The notes: generated from the sequence alone by a model not told the origin. Shown: positions 47,888-58,000, counted from the stretch's first letter. The stretch: 64,000 bases of DNA from an uncultured Bacteroidales bacterium (GCA_905234485.1 CAJOHV010000005.1:15478-79477), one strand, 5' to 3'. A program made the numbers and translations.

Positions 47888-50628
47888 CGCTTGGAAAGCT
47901 GCTTGTTCTGGACGGGGGAGATGTAGAACGGCCACCAGATGCCGAGTTTGAGCCCGCTGCCGCCGGTGTCTGTGATGATGCGCCTGTGCGAACAGAACGG
48001 GTCAGGCTGCTCCATCGGCCAGCCGTCACCCGCGTTCTGGTACTTGATGAAGAGGGTGACCTGCTTCCACTGCATATTGATGAAAGCGTCGAAGTAGAGG
48101 CCGTTGTTGTAGGCGTATTCGTGCTGGTTCTTGAAGGTGCCTGTGATATAGTTCCACTCGGGGGTGTACCACTTGGTGTTCCACCAGGCGTTCACGCCTA
48201 TCTGCATGTTCAGGACGTTTTTCTCCACGGGGAACTGGATGAAGTACTTTAGGTTGAGGGCCAGTTCGGGCAGAGGCAGAACCTCCTGATTGGAGGAGAA
48301 CTGCGCCAGCACACGGTTGTCCAGGTGCAGGAAGTTCGCGATGACGAACTCCTTGCGGAGATAGCCGGAGAAGACGCTGATCACACCGTCTGTGTGCTGT
48401 TTTGCAAGGCCGAGGGTGTCGTAGTAGACGTAATTGCCCACCAGGGCGTAGCCTCCCTTCGCCTCGAACTTCCAGTGCGGGATATTCACCGAACCTTCGA
48501 TCTTGGTGATGGAGGTCTTAGAGAAGTTGTTGTCCCAGCGGAAGAGCGGGTTCACGGTGCTGTACATATGCCGCTCGTAGTATGTGGGGCCGGTCAGGCT
48601 CTCGCTGAACGAGGCTTTCAGGGCCACGGGGGAGCGGCGCGCCCGCCGGAAGGGGTAGAACTCCATTCCGAGGTTCGCCTGCAGGTCCATATTTCCGGCG
48701 TCCGCGCCCGCGAACACGAGGTGCGCCTTGGCGTCCCAGCGCGCGTTGTCCGTGAACTGACCGCGCGCTCCGGCGTAGGTATACATGGAGTTCTCGTATG
48801 CCTTGCTGGTGTCTGCGGCCGTGACTTTATGGTAACTCTGGATATAGTCGCCGATACCCACGTCGATCTTCGAGATGAGGCCGTCCGCGCTCCACGGCTG
48901 CAGGCGGAGGTAGATTTTGTTGTCAAGCCGCGTCTGCCCGAGCGAATCGGCGTCCGTGCCGTTGACGAACTCGCGCTGGTACTTGGACCACTCCACGGCG
49001 TGGCCGATGAAGGCTGTGGTCACGTCCGCCGCGCTGTCCGGCACGAAGGTGCTGTCGCGCTTCGCCCTCCAGGTGTTGATGAAGTCGAACGGGATGCGGA
49101 GTTGCTGGTCCGCATAGGCCGTGAACTTTTTGTTCTTGGAGGTGGCCTGGGTCATCGCCACAGCCACTTCGCGTATGTCCTGATAGGTCGTGTCCCTGAA
49201 TGTCTCCACATCCAGCATACCTCCGTTTTCGCCCATCTCCACCGAGTTGTGGATGATGCCGGCGTTCGCCAGATAGCGTTTGCCGAGGTAATTGATGCCG
49301 GCCGCGGCGGTCTTGTTCTTGACCTTTTCGTTGACGAGCATGCCGCCGCCGCCCCACCTGTCGTAGAGCAGGTTGAAGTTGAGTTGAGGCGTTATGTTCT
49401 GAGTCGTGAAGATATGCAGGTTGTCTGACTCCTTTTCATCGCCCGCGAGCAGGGTTCCGAAGTAGCCCAGTTCGGTGTGCGGGGTCTTCGTGTTGTACTG
49501 GATGAAAGTCTCGGGGTTGAAGGTCCAGGTCTCATACGGGTCGTAGAAACTCACGCCCGTCTTCCTGCGGCCCAGGAAGTTATAGGTCTGGACCGGAGTT
49601 CCGGCCACTCCCAGCCAGGTGGCGTTCACGTCTTCGCGGAGGAATCTATAGTCGTAGAAGTGGTAGTTATAACTGGTGTCCGGGACATAGGGGTTCAGTT
49701 GCCCGAAGTCGCGGTCTTCCGTCCAGGCGATTAGGCGCTTGAAGTGCATCGTGTCCGGCACGGCGTAGGTGTCCAGGATACGCGGGGTATTCTCCCTTAT
49801 GGAGTCTCTGACCGCCTGCTTTTGAGCGTTGACGCGGTCCAGGCTGTCGCGGATAGCTTTCTTGCGGAGTTCTTTCTGCTCGAAGTCGTATTTCTTGCGC
49901 TCTTCCTTGCTGAGACCGTTGTACCATGCCAGGAAGGCGGCCTTCGCGCGGGCGGTGCTGTCTGCGTAGTAGGTGGAATCGAGCCTGTGCCGCTCGGACC
50001 AGTTGAATTCGGCGAGGGTGGAGTCCGCCCGCGCGGCGAGTATGCCCGCCTGCAGCATCTCTCTTCTCGCCATTCTGGCCGAGTCTTTCACGACTACCGT
50101 GTCTCCTCCGTTTTCCAGCGCCCGCTCCAGATAATCAGCCTCTTCCTGCAATTCTCTGTTAACCTGAGACTTCAGCGGCGCGAGGGAATCCTGCTGGTCG
50201 TTGTAGGACTGCATCAGCGAATCTCCTTCGTGCTGCAGGGAATCCGCCACCTCTTTGTGTGTGAGCGAATCCAGAAGGGCCACATAATACTTATAGCGCC
50301 ACGGGTCGATCTCTTTAAGTGAATCCGGAGCTTTGATGGTGTCGCGGGCGGTGAGGTGGGGGAGAGTGTCCAGTATCTCGTCTTCTTCGTAGAGCAGAGT
50401 GTCCGGGCCGCCGAGCAGCGAGTCCGCTATCTCCACCTTCTCGAAATCTCCTTTGCGGCGGCTTTTGTAATTGCTCACGGGATACACGACGGTGTCCGGA
50501 GCGGGCTCATAGGCGGGCTCGTACGGTCCGAGTTCAGACGGACCTGCAGCCATCTCGGCAGCCACCGCCAGGGCGATGCTCCCGAAAAGTGCCAAGGGGA
50601 AAACGAACCTTTTAAGACCTGACTTCAT
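47884..50628 (-). CDS. Putative Bacteroidetes outer-membrane porin
   Basis: Signal peptide, YNTKTPHTELGY, HIFTTQN, many amphipathic strands, C-terminal GIWWPFY. Confidence 0.8.
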   Translation of the reverse strand: MKSGLKRFVFPLALFGSIALAVAAEMAAGPSELGPYEPAYEPAPDTVVYPVSNYKSRRKGDFEKVEIADSLLGGPDTLLYEEDEILDTLPHLTARDTIKAPDSLKEIDPWRYKYYVALLDSLTHKEVADSLQHEGDSLMQSYNDQQDSLAPLKSQVNRELQEEADYLERALENGGDTVVVKDSARMARREMLQAGILAARADSTLAEFNWSERHRLDSTYYADSTARAKAAFLAWYNGLSKEERKKYDFEQKELRKKAIRDSLDRVNAQKQAVRDSIRENTPRILDTYAVPDTMHFKRLIAWTEDRDFGQLNPYVPDTSYNYHFYDYRFLREDVNATWLGVAGTPVQTYNFLGRRKTGVSFYDPYETWTFNPETFIQYNTKTPHTELGYFGTLLAGDEKESDNLHIFTTQNITPQLNFNLLYDRWGGGGMLVNEKVKNKTAAAGINYLGKRYLANAGIIHNSVEMGENGGMLDVETFRDTTYQDIREVAVAMTQATSKNKKFTAYADQQLRIPFDFINTWRAKRDSTFVPDSAADVTTAFIGHAVEWSKYQREFVNGTDADSLGQTRLDNKIYLRLQPWSADGLISKIDVGIGDYIQSYHKVTAADTSKAYENSMYTYAGARGQFTDNARWDAKAHLVFAGADAGNMDLQANLGMEFYPFRRARRSPVALKASFSESLTGPTYYERHMYSTVNPLFRWDNNFSKTSITKIEGSVNIPHWKFEAKGGYALVGNYVYYDTLGLAKQHTDGVISVFSGYLRKEFVIANFLHLDNRVLAQFSSNQEVLPLPELALNLKYFIQFPVEKNVLNMQIGVNAWWNTKWYTPEWNYITGTFKNQHEYAYNNGLYFDAFINMQWKQVTLFIKYQNAGDGWPMEQPDPFCSHRRIITDTGGSGLKLGIWWPFYISPVQNKQLSKR

Positions 50629-50658
50629 TCTTGCGCTCTATCAGCCACTATCGTGCCA

Positions 50659-50985
50659 CTATTTGTCCGGAATCAGATAAATGTCGTCGCCGTGTTCGGC
50701 GAAGTTCCAGTTCTCGCGGGCGAACTTCTCCAGCGAGTCACGGTTTGAGGTGAGGGCTTCAATCTTTTGATCCAGTTCGCGGATCTTCCTGTCGTTCGCC
50801 CTGATCTCTTTGTTCTGGCGGGCTATGGTGAATCCGCCCTGGACCCACCTTACGATATTGTCCTTCTTCACGAAGAGGAAAATCACGGCCAGACCCACGG
50901 CTACTATGGCGACACGCAGCAAAGAACGCTGCTCATAGCGGTTGCCGTCTTTGCTCTTGTCCCAAATATCTTTCATATAGCCCAT
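50659..50985 (-). CDS. FtsB/DivIC septum formation initiator family
   Basis: TM, coiled coil, LEKFARE..DDIY. Confidence 0.85.
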   Translation of the reverse strand: MGYMKDIWDKSKDGNRYEQRSLLRVAIVAVGLAVIFLFVKKDNIVRWVQGGFTIARQNKEIRANDRKIRELDQKIEALTSNRDSLEKFARENWNFAEHGDDIYLIPDK

Positions 50986-51031
50986 AATGTCGCAAATTTA
51001 GTTAAATTTGCATAACTATAAAAGTCACAAT

Positions 51032-51964
51032 ATGAAACCTACACTTCTTGTTCTTGCTGCCGGTATGGGCAGCCGATATGGCGGACTCAAGCAGATGGAC
51101 GGCCTCGGCCCCTCAGGAGAGACCATCATTGACTACTCTATTTACGATGCCGTGAAGGCTGGCTTCGGAAAGGTTGTTTACATAGTCCGCGAGTATTTCC
51201 TCGCTGATATGGAAGCCCATGTCCGCGAAAAATACGCAGGCGTCAAGTGCCCGGACGGATCTCCTCTGGAGTTCGCGTTCGTCACTCAGGAACTCAATAA
51301 GATTCCCGAGGGCTTCGTGCTGAATCCGGCCCGCGAGAAGCCGTGGGGAACAGCGCACGCTATGCTGATGGCGGCCGATGTGATCGACACCCCGTTCGTG
51401 GTCATCAACGGCGACGATTATTATGGACACGATTCCTTCCGTCTGGCGGCTGAGTGGTGCAAGGCCCACGAAAGCACCAAGGGCGTCTACGGCATCATCG
51501 GTTTCGAGGTGGACAACACCCTCTCCGAGAGCGGCGGCGTGTCGCGCGGAATCTGCAGTTACGACGCCGATTTCCATCTGACGGATGTCGTGGAGCATCA
51601 TAACGTTATGTTTGAGGCGGACGGCAAACTCCGTGGAGACAACTCCGTCACCGGCGAGCGCGTGGAACTCAAGCCGAAGGATCTCTGCTCGATGAATATG
51701 TGGTGCTTCACCCCGGATTATTTCGAGGCCAGCCGCGCAATCTTCGTGGAGTTCCTGAAAGCCAACATCAACGAGCCGAAGAAGGAGTTCTACATCCCGT
51801 TCGTGGTGGACAACCTCATCAAGAGCGGCGCCGCCTCCTGCGATGTGCTCGGCACTCCGGACCGCTGGTTCGGCGTCACCTTCAAGGAAGACCGTCCCGC
51901 CGTGGTCGCCAAGTTCGCCGAACTCGTCGCGAAGGGCGTTTATCCCACTCCTTTGTATAAATAA
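51032..51964 (+). CDS. NDP-sugar pyrophosphorylase-like nucleotidyltransferase
   Basis: MKPTLLVLAAGMGSRYGGLKQ, REKPWGTAHA, INGDD, WFGVT. Confidence 0.92.
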   Translation: MKPTLLVLAAGMGSRYGGLKQMDGLGPSGETIIDYSIYDAVKAGFGKVVYIVREYFLADMEAHVREKYAGVKCPDGSPLEFAFVTQELNKIPEGFVLNPAREKPWGTAHAMLMAADVIDTPFVVINGDDYYGHDSFRLAAEWCKAHESTKGVYGIIGFEVDNTLSESGGVSRGICSYDADFHLTDVVEHHNVMFEADGKLRGDNSVTGERVELKPKDLCSMNMWCFTPDYFEASRAIFVEFLKANINEPKKEFYIPFVVDNLIKSGAASCDVLGTPDRWFGVTFKEDRPAVVAKFAELVAKGVYPTPLYK

Positions 51965-51968
51965 CACA

Positions 51969-51995
51969 CCTCATCCCGGGCTTGACCCGGGATCT
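51969..51995. repeat. REP-like palindrome, intergenic copy
   Basis: CCTCATCCCGGGCTTGACCCGGGATCT; 26/27 match to the reverse complement of 58729-58755. Confidence 0.85.
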
Positions 51996-52000
51996 TTGTT

Positions 52001-52849
52001 ATGTCAAGAAGAGGCAATTACAATTTCTATCAGACCTTCGAGTACTTCAGCCCGAAGTGGCGGGGTATTCTGGGTCTGGTTTTCTGGTTCCTGGTGGGCG
52101 CGCTTCTGGGCTCCGGCGTGACTCTGATTATCACCAAGTTCCTCGGAACCGAAGCCGCTTTGGACTATGGCATGATCCTGTCGTATCCGATTATGTTCAT
52201 TCCTCCGATGGTGTTCGCCGCGGTCCGCAGCCGCCGCAAGGAGATGCAGGTGGACGCGGTCGGCTCGCCGCTGGAAGTGGGGAATTTCGCTCCGCTCGGC
52301 GGCTGGCTTTGCGCGGCGCTGGTAATGATAGTTACCCTTGCTGCAGGAGTGCTGTCCGACGCCATCTCCTCAGTCCTTCCGGATATGCCGGAATGGCTTG
52401 AAGAGGCCCTGAAGAGTATGACTTCAGGCACGCTTTGGGTTAACTTCCTGTGCGTGTCGATATTCGCTCCAATTTTCGAGGAGTGGCTCTGCAGGGGTAT
52501 GGTGCTCCGCGGATTGCTTGACAGGGGAGTGAAACCCATCTGGGCGATTCTTTTCTCCGCCGTGTTCTTCGGTCTTATCCATATGAACATCTGGCAGATG
52601 GTCCCTGCGATTATCCTCGGACTCATCTTCGGCTATGTCTACTGGAAGACCCGTTCGCTGAAACTCACCATGCTGATGCATTTCACGAACAACACTTTCG
52701 CGCTGATTCTGAGTCACACAGATTCCCTGAAGGATATGGACAACTGGATGCAGGCCCTCGGACAGTGGTACTGGCCCGTCCTCGCCGCCTGCGCGCTCCT
52801 CGTCGCCCTTTTCTTCGTCACCTTCCGCCGCATTCAACCGGCGAAATAG
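52001..52849 (+). CDS. CPBP (Abi/CAAX) intramembrane metalloprotease
   Basis: EEWLCRG, FGLIH, HFTNN. Confidence 0.93.
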   Translation: MSRRGNYNFYQTFEYFSPKWRGILGLVFWFLVGALLGSGVTLIITKFLGTEAALDYGMILSYPIMFIPPMVFAAVRSRRKEMQVDAVGSPLEVGNFAPLGGWLCAALVMIVTLAAGVLSDAISSVLPDMPEWLEEALKSMTSGTLWVNFLCVSIFAPIFEEWLCRGMVLRGLLDRGVKPIWAILFSAVFFGLIHMNIWQMVPAIILGLIFGYVYWKTRSLKLTMLMHFTNNTFALILSHTDSLKDMDNWMQALGQWYWPVLAACALLVALFFVTFRRIQPAK

Positions 52850-52850
52850 T

Positions 52851-53115
52851 TTATTTGACTGTTATCTTCAGTTCAAGAGTCTCCTCGCTTCCGTCGGCGT
52901 ATTTCACTGCCGCGGAGACGATGTGTCCACCACGGGTGAGTTGAATAGCCTCGCTGACTGATTTTCCATCGAAGGCCCAGGAAACATTCGTTGCCTGGAC
53001 ACCCTGAGGTAATACAAGATTGAGAGGGAAGGAATCTCCAATCGCGCATATGCCCAGATTGAGGAGTGACCCCATATCCGGCCGTCATGGCCAAAAACAA
53101 TCTTTTAAGGCTCAT
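52851..53115 (-). pseudogene. Remnant of an exported protein (signal-peptide start fused out of frame to a C-terminal Ig-like tail)
   Basis: MSLKRLFLAMTA starts 3 nt after the CDF stop; another frame gives ..GDSFPLNL..VSWAFDG..YADGSEETLELKITVK-stop. Confidence 0.55.
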
Positions 53116-53118
53116 ATA

Positions 53119-54003
53119 TTATTTCAGGGGTTCCATGTGGATAGTTACGATGGTGTCGCGTCCGAAGCGGTCCCGGAGGCGACGTTCGAGGGCGGAGATA
53201 ATGGCGTGCGCGTCCGAGAGGGACATGTCACCGCGGAGGCGGACGTGAGCCTCGATGGCGATACGGGTGCCGATGCGGCGCGTGCGGAGATTGTGCGGCT
53301 CACTCACCTCGGGGAAACTGCAGATTATTTCTTCGATTTCGCGTTCGGTGTCGGCGGGAAGCGAACTGTCCGTCAGTTCGCCGATGCTGCTCCGCAGCAG
53401 GTCCACGGCGACTTTTACCAGCATTGCGCCCACGACGATGGATGCGAGGGGATCGAGGACGGCCCAGCGCTCGCCGAGAAGGAGCGCGCCGCCGATGCCA
53501 ATCGCGGCGCCGATCGAGGAGAGCGCGTCGCTGCGGTGGTGCCACGCGTTAGCGACCACGGCGGGGGAGTCGAGCGCCTTGCCGCGCGCTGCTGTGTAGC
53601 GGTAAAGGGCCTCCTTTACCGCGATCGAGAGCAGCGCGGCCCAGAGCGCGAGACGGCCTGGCATCTGCAGCGTCTCTCCCTGCAGCCAATGCGCGAACTT
53701 TATGGCGCCGGACGCGATGATGCCCACGGCCGCGCCAGCGAGCGCAAGGCCGACGAACAGCGTGGCCAGCGTCTCGAACTTGCCGTGGCCGTAGTCGTGG
53801 CCATCGTCCTGCGGTTTCGCGCCCACGCGGACGAACACCAGCACTATAAGATCCGTGACGAAATCCGACAGCGAGTGCACCGCGTCCGCGACCATCGCCG
53901 CCGAATGCCCGACGATTCCGGCCGTGAACTTAAAAGCAAGAAGCACCAGATTTGCGATGCTTCCTGCGAGTGTCACTACTGTCAGTTCTTTTTCGCGCGT
54001 CAC
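53119..54003 (-). CDS. Cation diffusion facilitator transporter
   Basis: ADAVHSLSD, HDYGHGKFE, AWHHRSD, HNLRTR, IHMEP. Confidence 0.95.
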   Translation of the reverse strand: MTREKELTVVTLAGSIANLVLLAFKFTAGIVGHSAAMVADAVHSLSDFVTDLIVLVFVRVGAKPQDDGHDYGHGKFETLATLFVGLALAGAAVGIIASGAIKFAHWLQGETLQMPGRLALWAALLSIAVKEALYRYTAARGKALDSPAVVANAWHHRSDALSSIGAAIGIGGALLLGERWAVLDPLASIVVGAMLVKVAVDLLRSSIGELTDSSLPADTEREIEEIICSFPEVSEPHNLRTRRIGTRIAIEAHVRLRGDMSLSDAHAIISALERRLRDRFGRDTIVTIHMEPLK

Positions 54004-54647
54004 TATCCTATGTACTTTAGAATAAGATCGGCAATCTCTTCTTCGGATTTTCCGTCGCTCTTGATGACTAGATCGTAGTTGCGGGTGTCGTAGCGCGAGG
54101 TTTTTGCAAAGTTGCTCACATAGTTTTCGCGCATCTTGTCCACCCTCTCTATCGCTTTCTGCGCATCTTCACGGCTGAGGCCCTGCCTCTCCATGACGCG
54201 AGCGATGCGGTACTCGGGCGAAGCCTGAATCAGGACGCTGAGTTTATTGGGATGGTCCTTCAGTACGAAGAATCCGGAACGTCCCGCTATCACGCATGAA
54301 CCGGCGTCGGCCAGATTTCGCAGAATCTGCGATTCCGACTTGAAGACTTCTTTGGTGGTGATGAGACTGGGATCGCCTTCGCCCTCCGGGGCCGGGCATT
54401 CGCTTCCGCGGCTCCAACTCTGGCCGATTACCACGGCCCTGATGAACTCCGACCACCACGAATAACGCTGGCCTTTGAGTTTCTCTATTTCCTCGGGCTT
54501 TAAGTTATATTCTTTTGTCAGGGCTTTAATGAGCGCTTTGTCGAAGAAGGGGACTCCAAGTTTTTCGGCAAGTATTTCTCCGACCGTGCGGCCACCGCTG
54601 CCGAGTTCGCGGTTGATGGTGATGACGAATTTATCTTTAGTGTTCAT
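54003..54647 (-). CDS. Cytidylate-kinase-like family protein
   Basis: Likely start MNTKDKF; ITINRELGSGG, CVIAGR, YDLVI. Confidence 0.88.
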   Translation of the reverse strand: MNTKDKFVITINRELGSGGRTVGEILAEKLGVPFFDKALIKALTKEYNLKPEEIEKLKGQRYSWWSEFIRAVVIGQSWSRGSECPAPEGEGDPSLITTKEVFKSESQILRNLADAGSCVIAGRSGFFVLKDHPNKLSVLIQASPEYRIARVMERQGLSREDAQKAIERVDKMRENYVSNFAKTSRYDTRNYDLVIKSDGKSEEEIADLILKYIG

Positions 54648-54732
54648 GACCGCTAATTTAGCGTTTTTCTGCGATAATAGTACAAATTGTCGACCGCAAC
54701 GGAAGTGGCCCTTTCTGCATCTAATAAGCGTT

Positions 54733-55254
54733 ATGAAGAAACTGTTAATCTCTCTTATTTCGCTCGCAATCGTGGCAACAGCTTGCGAAGAAATTGCCCC
54801 ATTCGGTATAATAGTCGACTGGACTCCCGTTGAAATCACCATTGAAGCCTACGACGCCGCGGGCAACTCTATCATTTCTCCGGAAATGCCTGGAATGACG
54901 CTGACCTTCAAGGGTACGACCTACGAAGTTCCAGACCCGGCCTCGCTGCACGATGAATACCAGACTAAGGCATATATGGCCATTCTGTCCGGGCTCCAGG
55001 CTCGTCCTCTCCAGGGAGACCAGGGAGTGATTGAAAAGTACATCCTTTGGTTCGGCGAGATTGATGGCGCCGTGGATATGGACGAAGACATCGTCCTCAA
55101 CTGGCCTGACGGCTCTTCCGACACCATTCACTACCATTGCGGCAATCACCGCGAATGGCCCTCTCCCAAATGCGACCGCACCTGGAAACTCAACGGAAAA
55201 AAGCAACCCTCCTCCAACTTCATCTTTAACGGAAAGTCCTTGCCCTCTGATTAA
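54733..55254 (+). CDS. Hypothetical lipoprotein
   Basis: MKKLLISLISLAIVATAC lipobox. Confidence 0.78.
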   Translation: MKKLLISLISLAIVATACEEIAPFGIIVDWTPVEITIEAYDAAGNSIISPEMPGMTLTFKGTTYEVPDPASLHDEYQTKAYMAILSGLQARPLQGDQGVIEKYILWFGEIDGAVDMDEDIVLNWPDGSSDTIHYHCGNHREWPSPKCDRTWKLNGKKQPSSNFIFNGKSLPSD

Positions 55255-55262
55255 TTGTAGAC

Positions 55263-55320
55263 GTAGTCCTCACACAGAAAAGGCAGGCCTTTCGGTCTGC
55301 CTTTTCTGTGTGAGGACTAC
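55263..55320. terminator. Bidirectional terminator-like hairpin overlapping the tRNA-Val 3' end
   Basis: Perfect 24-bp inverted repeat 55263-55286 / 55297-55320. Confidence 0.75.
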
Positions 55321-55385
55321 TGGATTTGAACCAGTGACCTCTTGCCTGTCAAGCAAGCGCTCTGAACCAACTGAGCTAAGCCCTC
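55311..55385 (-). tRNA. tRNA-Val(GAC)
   Basis: GAGGGCT..AGTCCTC-A acceptor stem; CTTGC-TT-GAC-AG-GCAAG anticodon arm. Confidence 0.94.
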
Positions 55386-55394
55386 AAAATTTAG

Positions 55395-55467
<73 letters not shown>

Positions 55468-55479
55468 GTATTGGGACTG

Positions 55480-55487
55480 CAAAGGTA
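55480..55487 (-). promoter_or_regulatory. -7 promoter element for the tRNA-fMet/tRNA-Val pair
   Basis: TACCTTTG on the minus strand, 12 nt upstream of tRNA-fMet. Confidence 0.7.
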
Positions 55488-55512
55488 AGCATATTTTCGA
55501 TAAATGCAAATA

Positions 55513-56520
55513 TTAAATAAGAAGCAGGACGAAAAGCATGACTGAAAGCGTCCCGAAGGTCAGCCTTCCTTTGACGATATTGCCTGCCACGACATCCGTG
55601 GGATCCGCGGCGATGGCGCGCTCGAGCGAAGAACGGCGGAGGTGGCCGTTGCTCCATTTGCGCACAATCTGGCCGTCGGTGATGTAGGTGATTCCGCCGT
55701 TCGAGCGGTTCAGCGACATCAAGGTCTTACGGTCCGCAATGTACGCCCCTTCCGGAATGTCTTCAGGTTTCGGCGCCCAGGCCGAGGCCACGACAGGCTG
55801 CAAGCCGAGTTCGCGGGCGAGGTCCACAGCGCGGCCGATGTGCTCGCGGTCGCGACGCGAGAGCGCGGACGGCTCGTAGACCGAAATCAGCAGCACACCG
55901 CCCTTCATCGCCACTTCGTCGTGGTACTCGCCGTCCGCGCCCCGCAGCGACACGCGTCCCTCGCTGAGTTCGGTGCCCGTGCGCAGATCGGTCAGGTCGA
56001 GCAGCGGGAGGTGGCGGTAACTCATAATGCTGAAGGCAACCAAAATGGCGAACGTGACACCGACTATGATCGGCCTGCGGATATGCTGCCGGCCTACCTT
56101 CTTCGTGGGCACGAAAGCCGCTACCCAGAGAAGCATCAGCACGACATTCTTCAGAAAACTCTGAAGATGAGTCAGATGAATCGCTTCGCCAAAACAGCCG
56201 CAATCCATCACCGGATTGATAATCAGCAGCAGAAGAGTGAGCAATGTGAAGAAGGACATAAGCCCCAGCGCAACCCACCTGATCCACGAAGTCCATGCGC
56301 CCGAAATCAGTGCGGCGCCCACAAAGCACTCCAGAAGATTGAAGAAAAATGCAATGTGTATAGAAGCAAAACGCAGGAACGACAGGTGGCAGAAGTTCAG
56401 GTACGACTCGATGACGAGTTGCGAGCCTATCGGGTCCATCAGTTTGAGGAGCCCACCAGCGAGCAGCACGAGACCGAAAAAGACTGCCGCCAATCTGCGG
56501 AAGAAACTAGATGCGTTCAT
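55513..56520 (-). CDS. DoxX/MauE-family membrane protein
   Basis: GLLKLMDPIG, DCGCFGEAIHLT..SFLKN; likely start MNASSF. Confidence 0.85.
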   Translation of the reverse strand: MNASSFFRRLAAVFFGLVLLAGGLLKLMDPIGSQLVIESYLNFCHLSFLRFASIHIAFFFNLLECFVGAALISGAWTSWIRWVALGLMSFFTLLTLLLLIINPVMDCGCFGEAIHLTHLQSFLKNVVLMLLWVAAFVPTKKVGRQHIRRPIIVGVTFAILVAFSIMSYRHLPLLDLTDLRTGTELSEGRVSLRGADGEYHDEVAMKGGVLLISVYEPSALSRRDREHIGRAVDLARELGLQPVVASAWAPKPEDIPEGAYIADRKTLMSLNRSNGGITYITDGQIVRKWSNGHLRRSSLERAIAADPTDVVAGNIVKGRLTFGTLSVMLFVLLLI

Positions 56521-57181
56521 CGACAAGGGCCTTGATCTTAGCGAAAATATCGTCTTCGGGAAGCATATGCCCATCCCCGTCCGAGCAATCCACCACCTTC
56601 AGGGCCGGATCCTTCTGCGCCTGCATCAAGTACATCTCGCGCACTCGCGCCTGGAAGGCGATGCTCGATTCGTGGATGTCCTTCGACCCCAGGAGGTAAT
56701 TGCGATCATCGCCCTTGCGCGAGTGCGTGAGATTATTCTCCACGAAACTCAGCGGCACGTCCAGAAATATATTCAGGTCCGGCACCGGCTCGCCGAAATC
56801 TCCGAACTCAGTGTCGATAATCCACTTGCGGAGTTCCTCGATCTTCGCCGGGTCATTCAGTTTCGCGCACTGATATGCGATATTGGAATACACATAGCGA
56901 TCGAAGAGCACATTGCGCCCGGCATCCAGCGATGCCCGAATTTGCGGCACCGCTCCGTGACGGTCCTCGGCATAAATCAGCGCCACGAGTTGCGGATGCA
57001 CAGTCTCGTTCGTGCCGAAATCGCCACGCAGGAACGCGGAAATCAGCCCTCCGTAGACCGGAGCGTCGTAACGCGGAAAATGGATGTAATCGAGAGCGCC
57101 CTTGCTCTCGAGGTATTCTTTGAGTTTACGGACCTGGGTCGATTTGCCCGCTCCGTCCAGACCTTCCAATACAATCAGCAT
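56507..57181 (-). CDS. tmk: Thymidylate kinase
   Basis: IVLEGLDGAGKSTQ, HFPRY, FDRYVYSNIAYQ; likely start MLIVLE. Confidence 0.93.
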   Translation of the reverse strand: MLIVLEGLDGAGKSTQVRKLKEYLESKGALDYIHFPRYDAPVYGGLISAFLRGDFGTNETVHPQLVALIYAEDRHGAVPQIRASLDAGRNVLFDRYVYSNIAYQCAKLNDPAKIEELRKWIIDTEFGDFGEPVPDLNIFLDVPLSFVENNLTHSRKGDDRNYLLGSKDIHESSIAFQARVREMYLMQAQKDPALKVVDCSDGDGHMLPEDDIFAKIKALVDERI

Positions 57182-57212
57182 AGCATACAAATATAATCAT
57201 TAACTTTGTATT

Positions 57213-57995
57213 ATGAAGTTGATGGGCATTATCAATCTGACGCCGGATTCGTTTTACGCGCCGAGCAGGTATAACTATGCAATGCTTGACCGCGAGGTGG
57301 ATATAATCGACGCGGGAGCAGTCAGCACGCGACCGGGAGCGCCGGACGTGGACATCGAAGAAGAGTGGCGCCGGCTGGAACTGTTCCTGGACCTGTGGCG
57401 TGAGCGTTACGGGGTGAACGAGCAGTGCGGCCGCTGGATGCGCGACCCCGCCAGATGGAATCTCCATGGCGACGGTCCCCGCGAACTGAGCATTGACACC
57501 ACCAGCAGCGAGATAGTCCGGAGGGCCTACGAAATCGTGGGGCCGTTCATCGTCAACGACATCAGCGCGGGCCACGACGACCCGAAAATGCTGCGCACCG
57601 TCGGCCGCCTGGGCCTGCCCTATATCGCTATGCACAAGCGCGGCAATCCTCGCACGATGGATTCGTTGGCCGATACCGGCACGGATATCATCATCCAACT
57701 GAAAAACTATTTCCACGAGTTCGCCATCGCGGCCCAGAATGAGGGCATCGAGGATTGGATACTCGATCCGGGCCTGGGCTTCGCGAAAACCAGCGAGCAG
57801 AACATCGAAATTATCAACCGCCTGGAAGAACTCAAGGTGTTCGGACGCCCAATCCTGGTCGGAGTAGGGGATAAAAGGTTTACTTATGTCTCCCCGGGCC
57901 CGGATATCTCCCCTGACCCTGTTTCCGGTAACTATTCATCTCACTACGAGGCCCTCGCCGCGCAGCACGGCGCGAGTATTCTCCGAATACACTAG
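57213..57995 (+). CDS. folP: Dihydropteroate synthase
   Basis: MGIINLTPDSF, STRPG, SIDT, NDIS, DPGLGFAK, LRIH. Confidence 0.93.
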   Translation: MKLMGIINLTPDSFYAPSRYNYAMLDREVDIIDAGAVSTRPGAPDVDIEEEWRRLELFLDLWRERYGVNEQCGRWMRDPARWNLHGDGPRELSIDTTSSEIVRRAYEIVGPFIVNDISAGHDDPKMLRTVGRLGLPYIAMHKRGNPRTMDSLADTGTDIIIQLKNYFHEFAIAAQNEGIEDWILDPGLGFAKTSEQNIEIINRLEELKVFGRPILVGVGDKRFTYVSPGPDISPDPVSGNYSSHYEALAAQHGASILRIH

Positions 57996-58000
57996 GTGTC

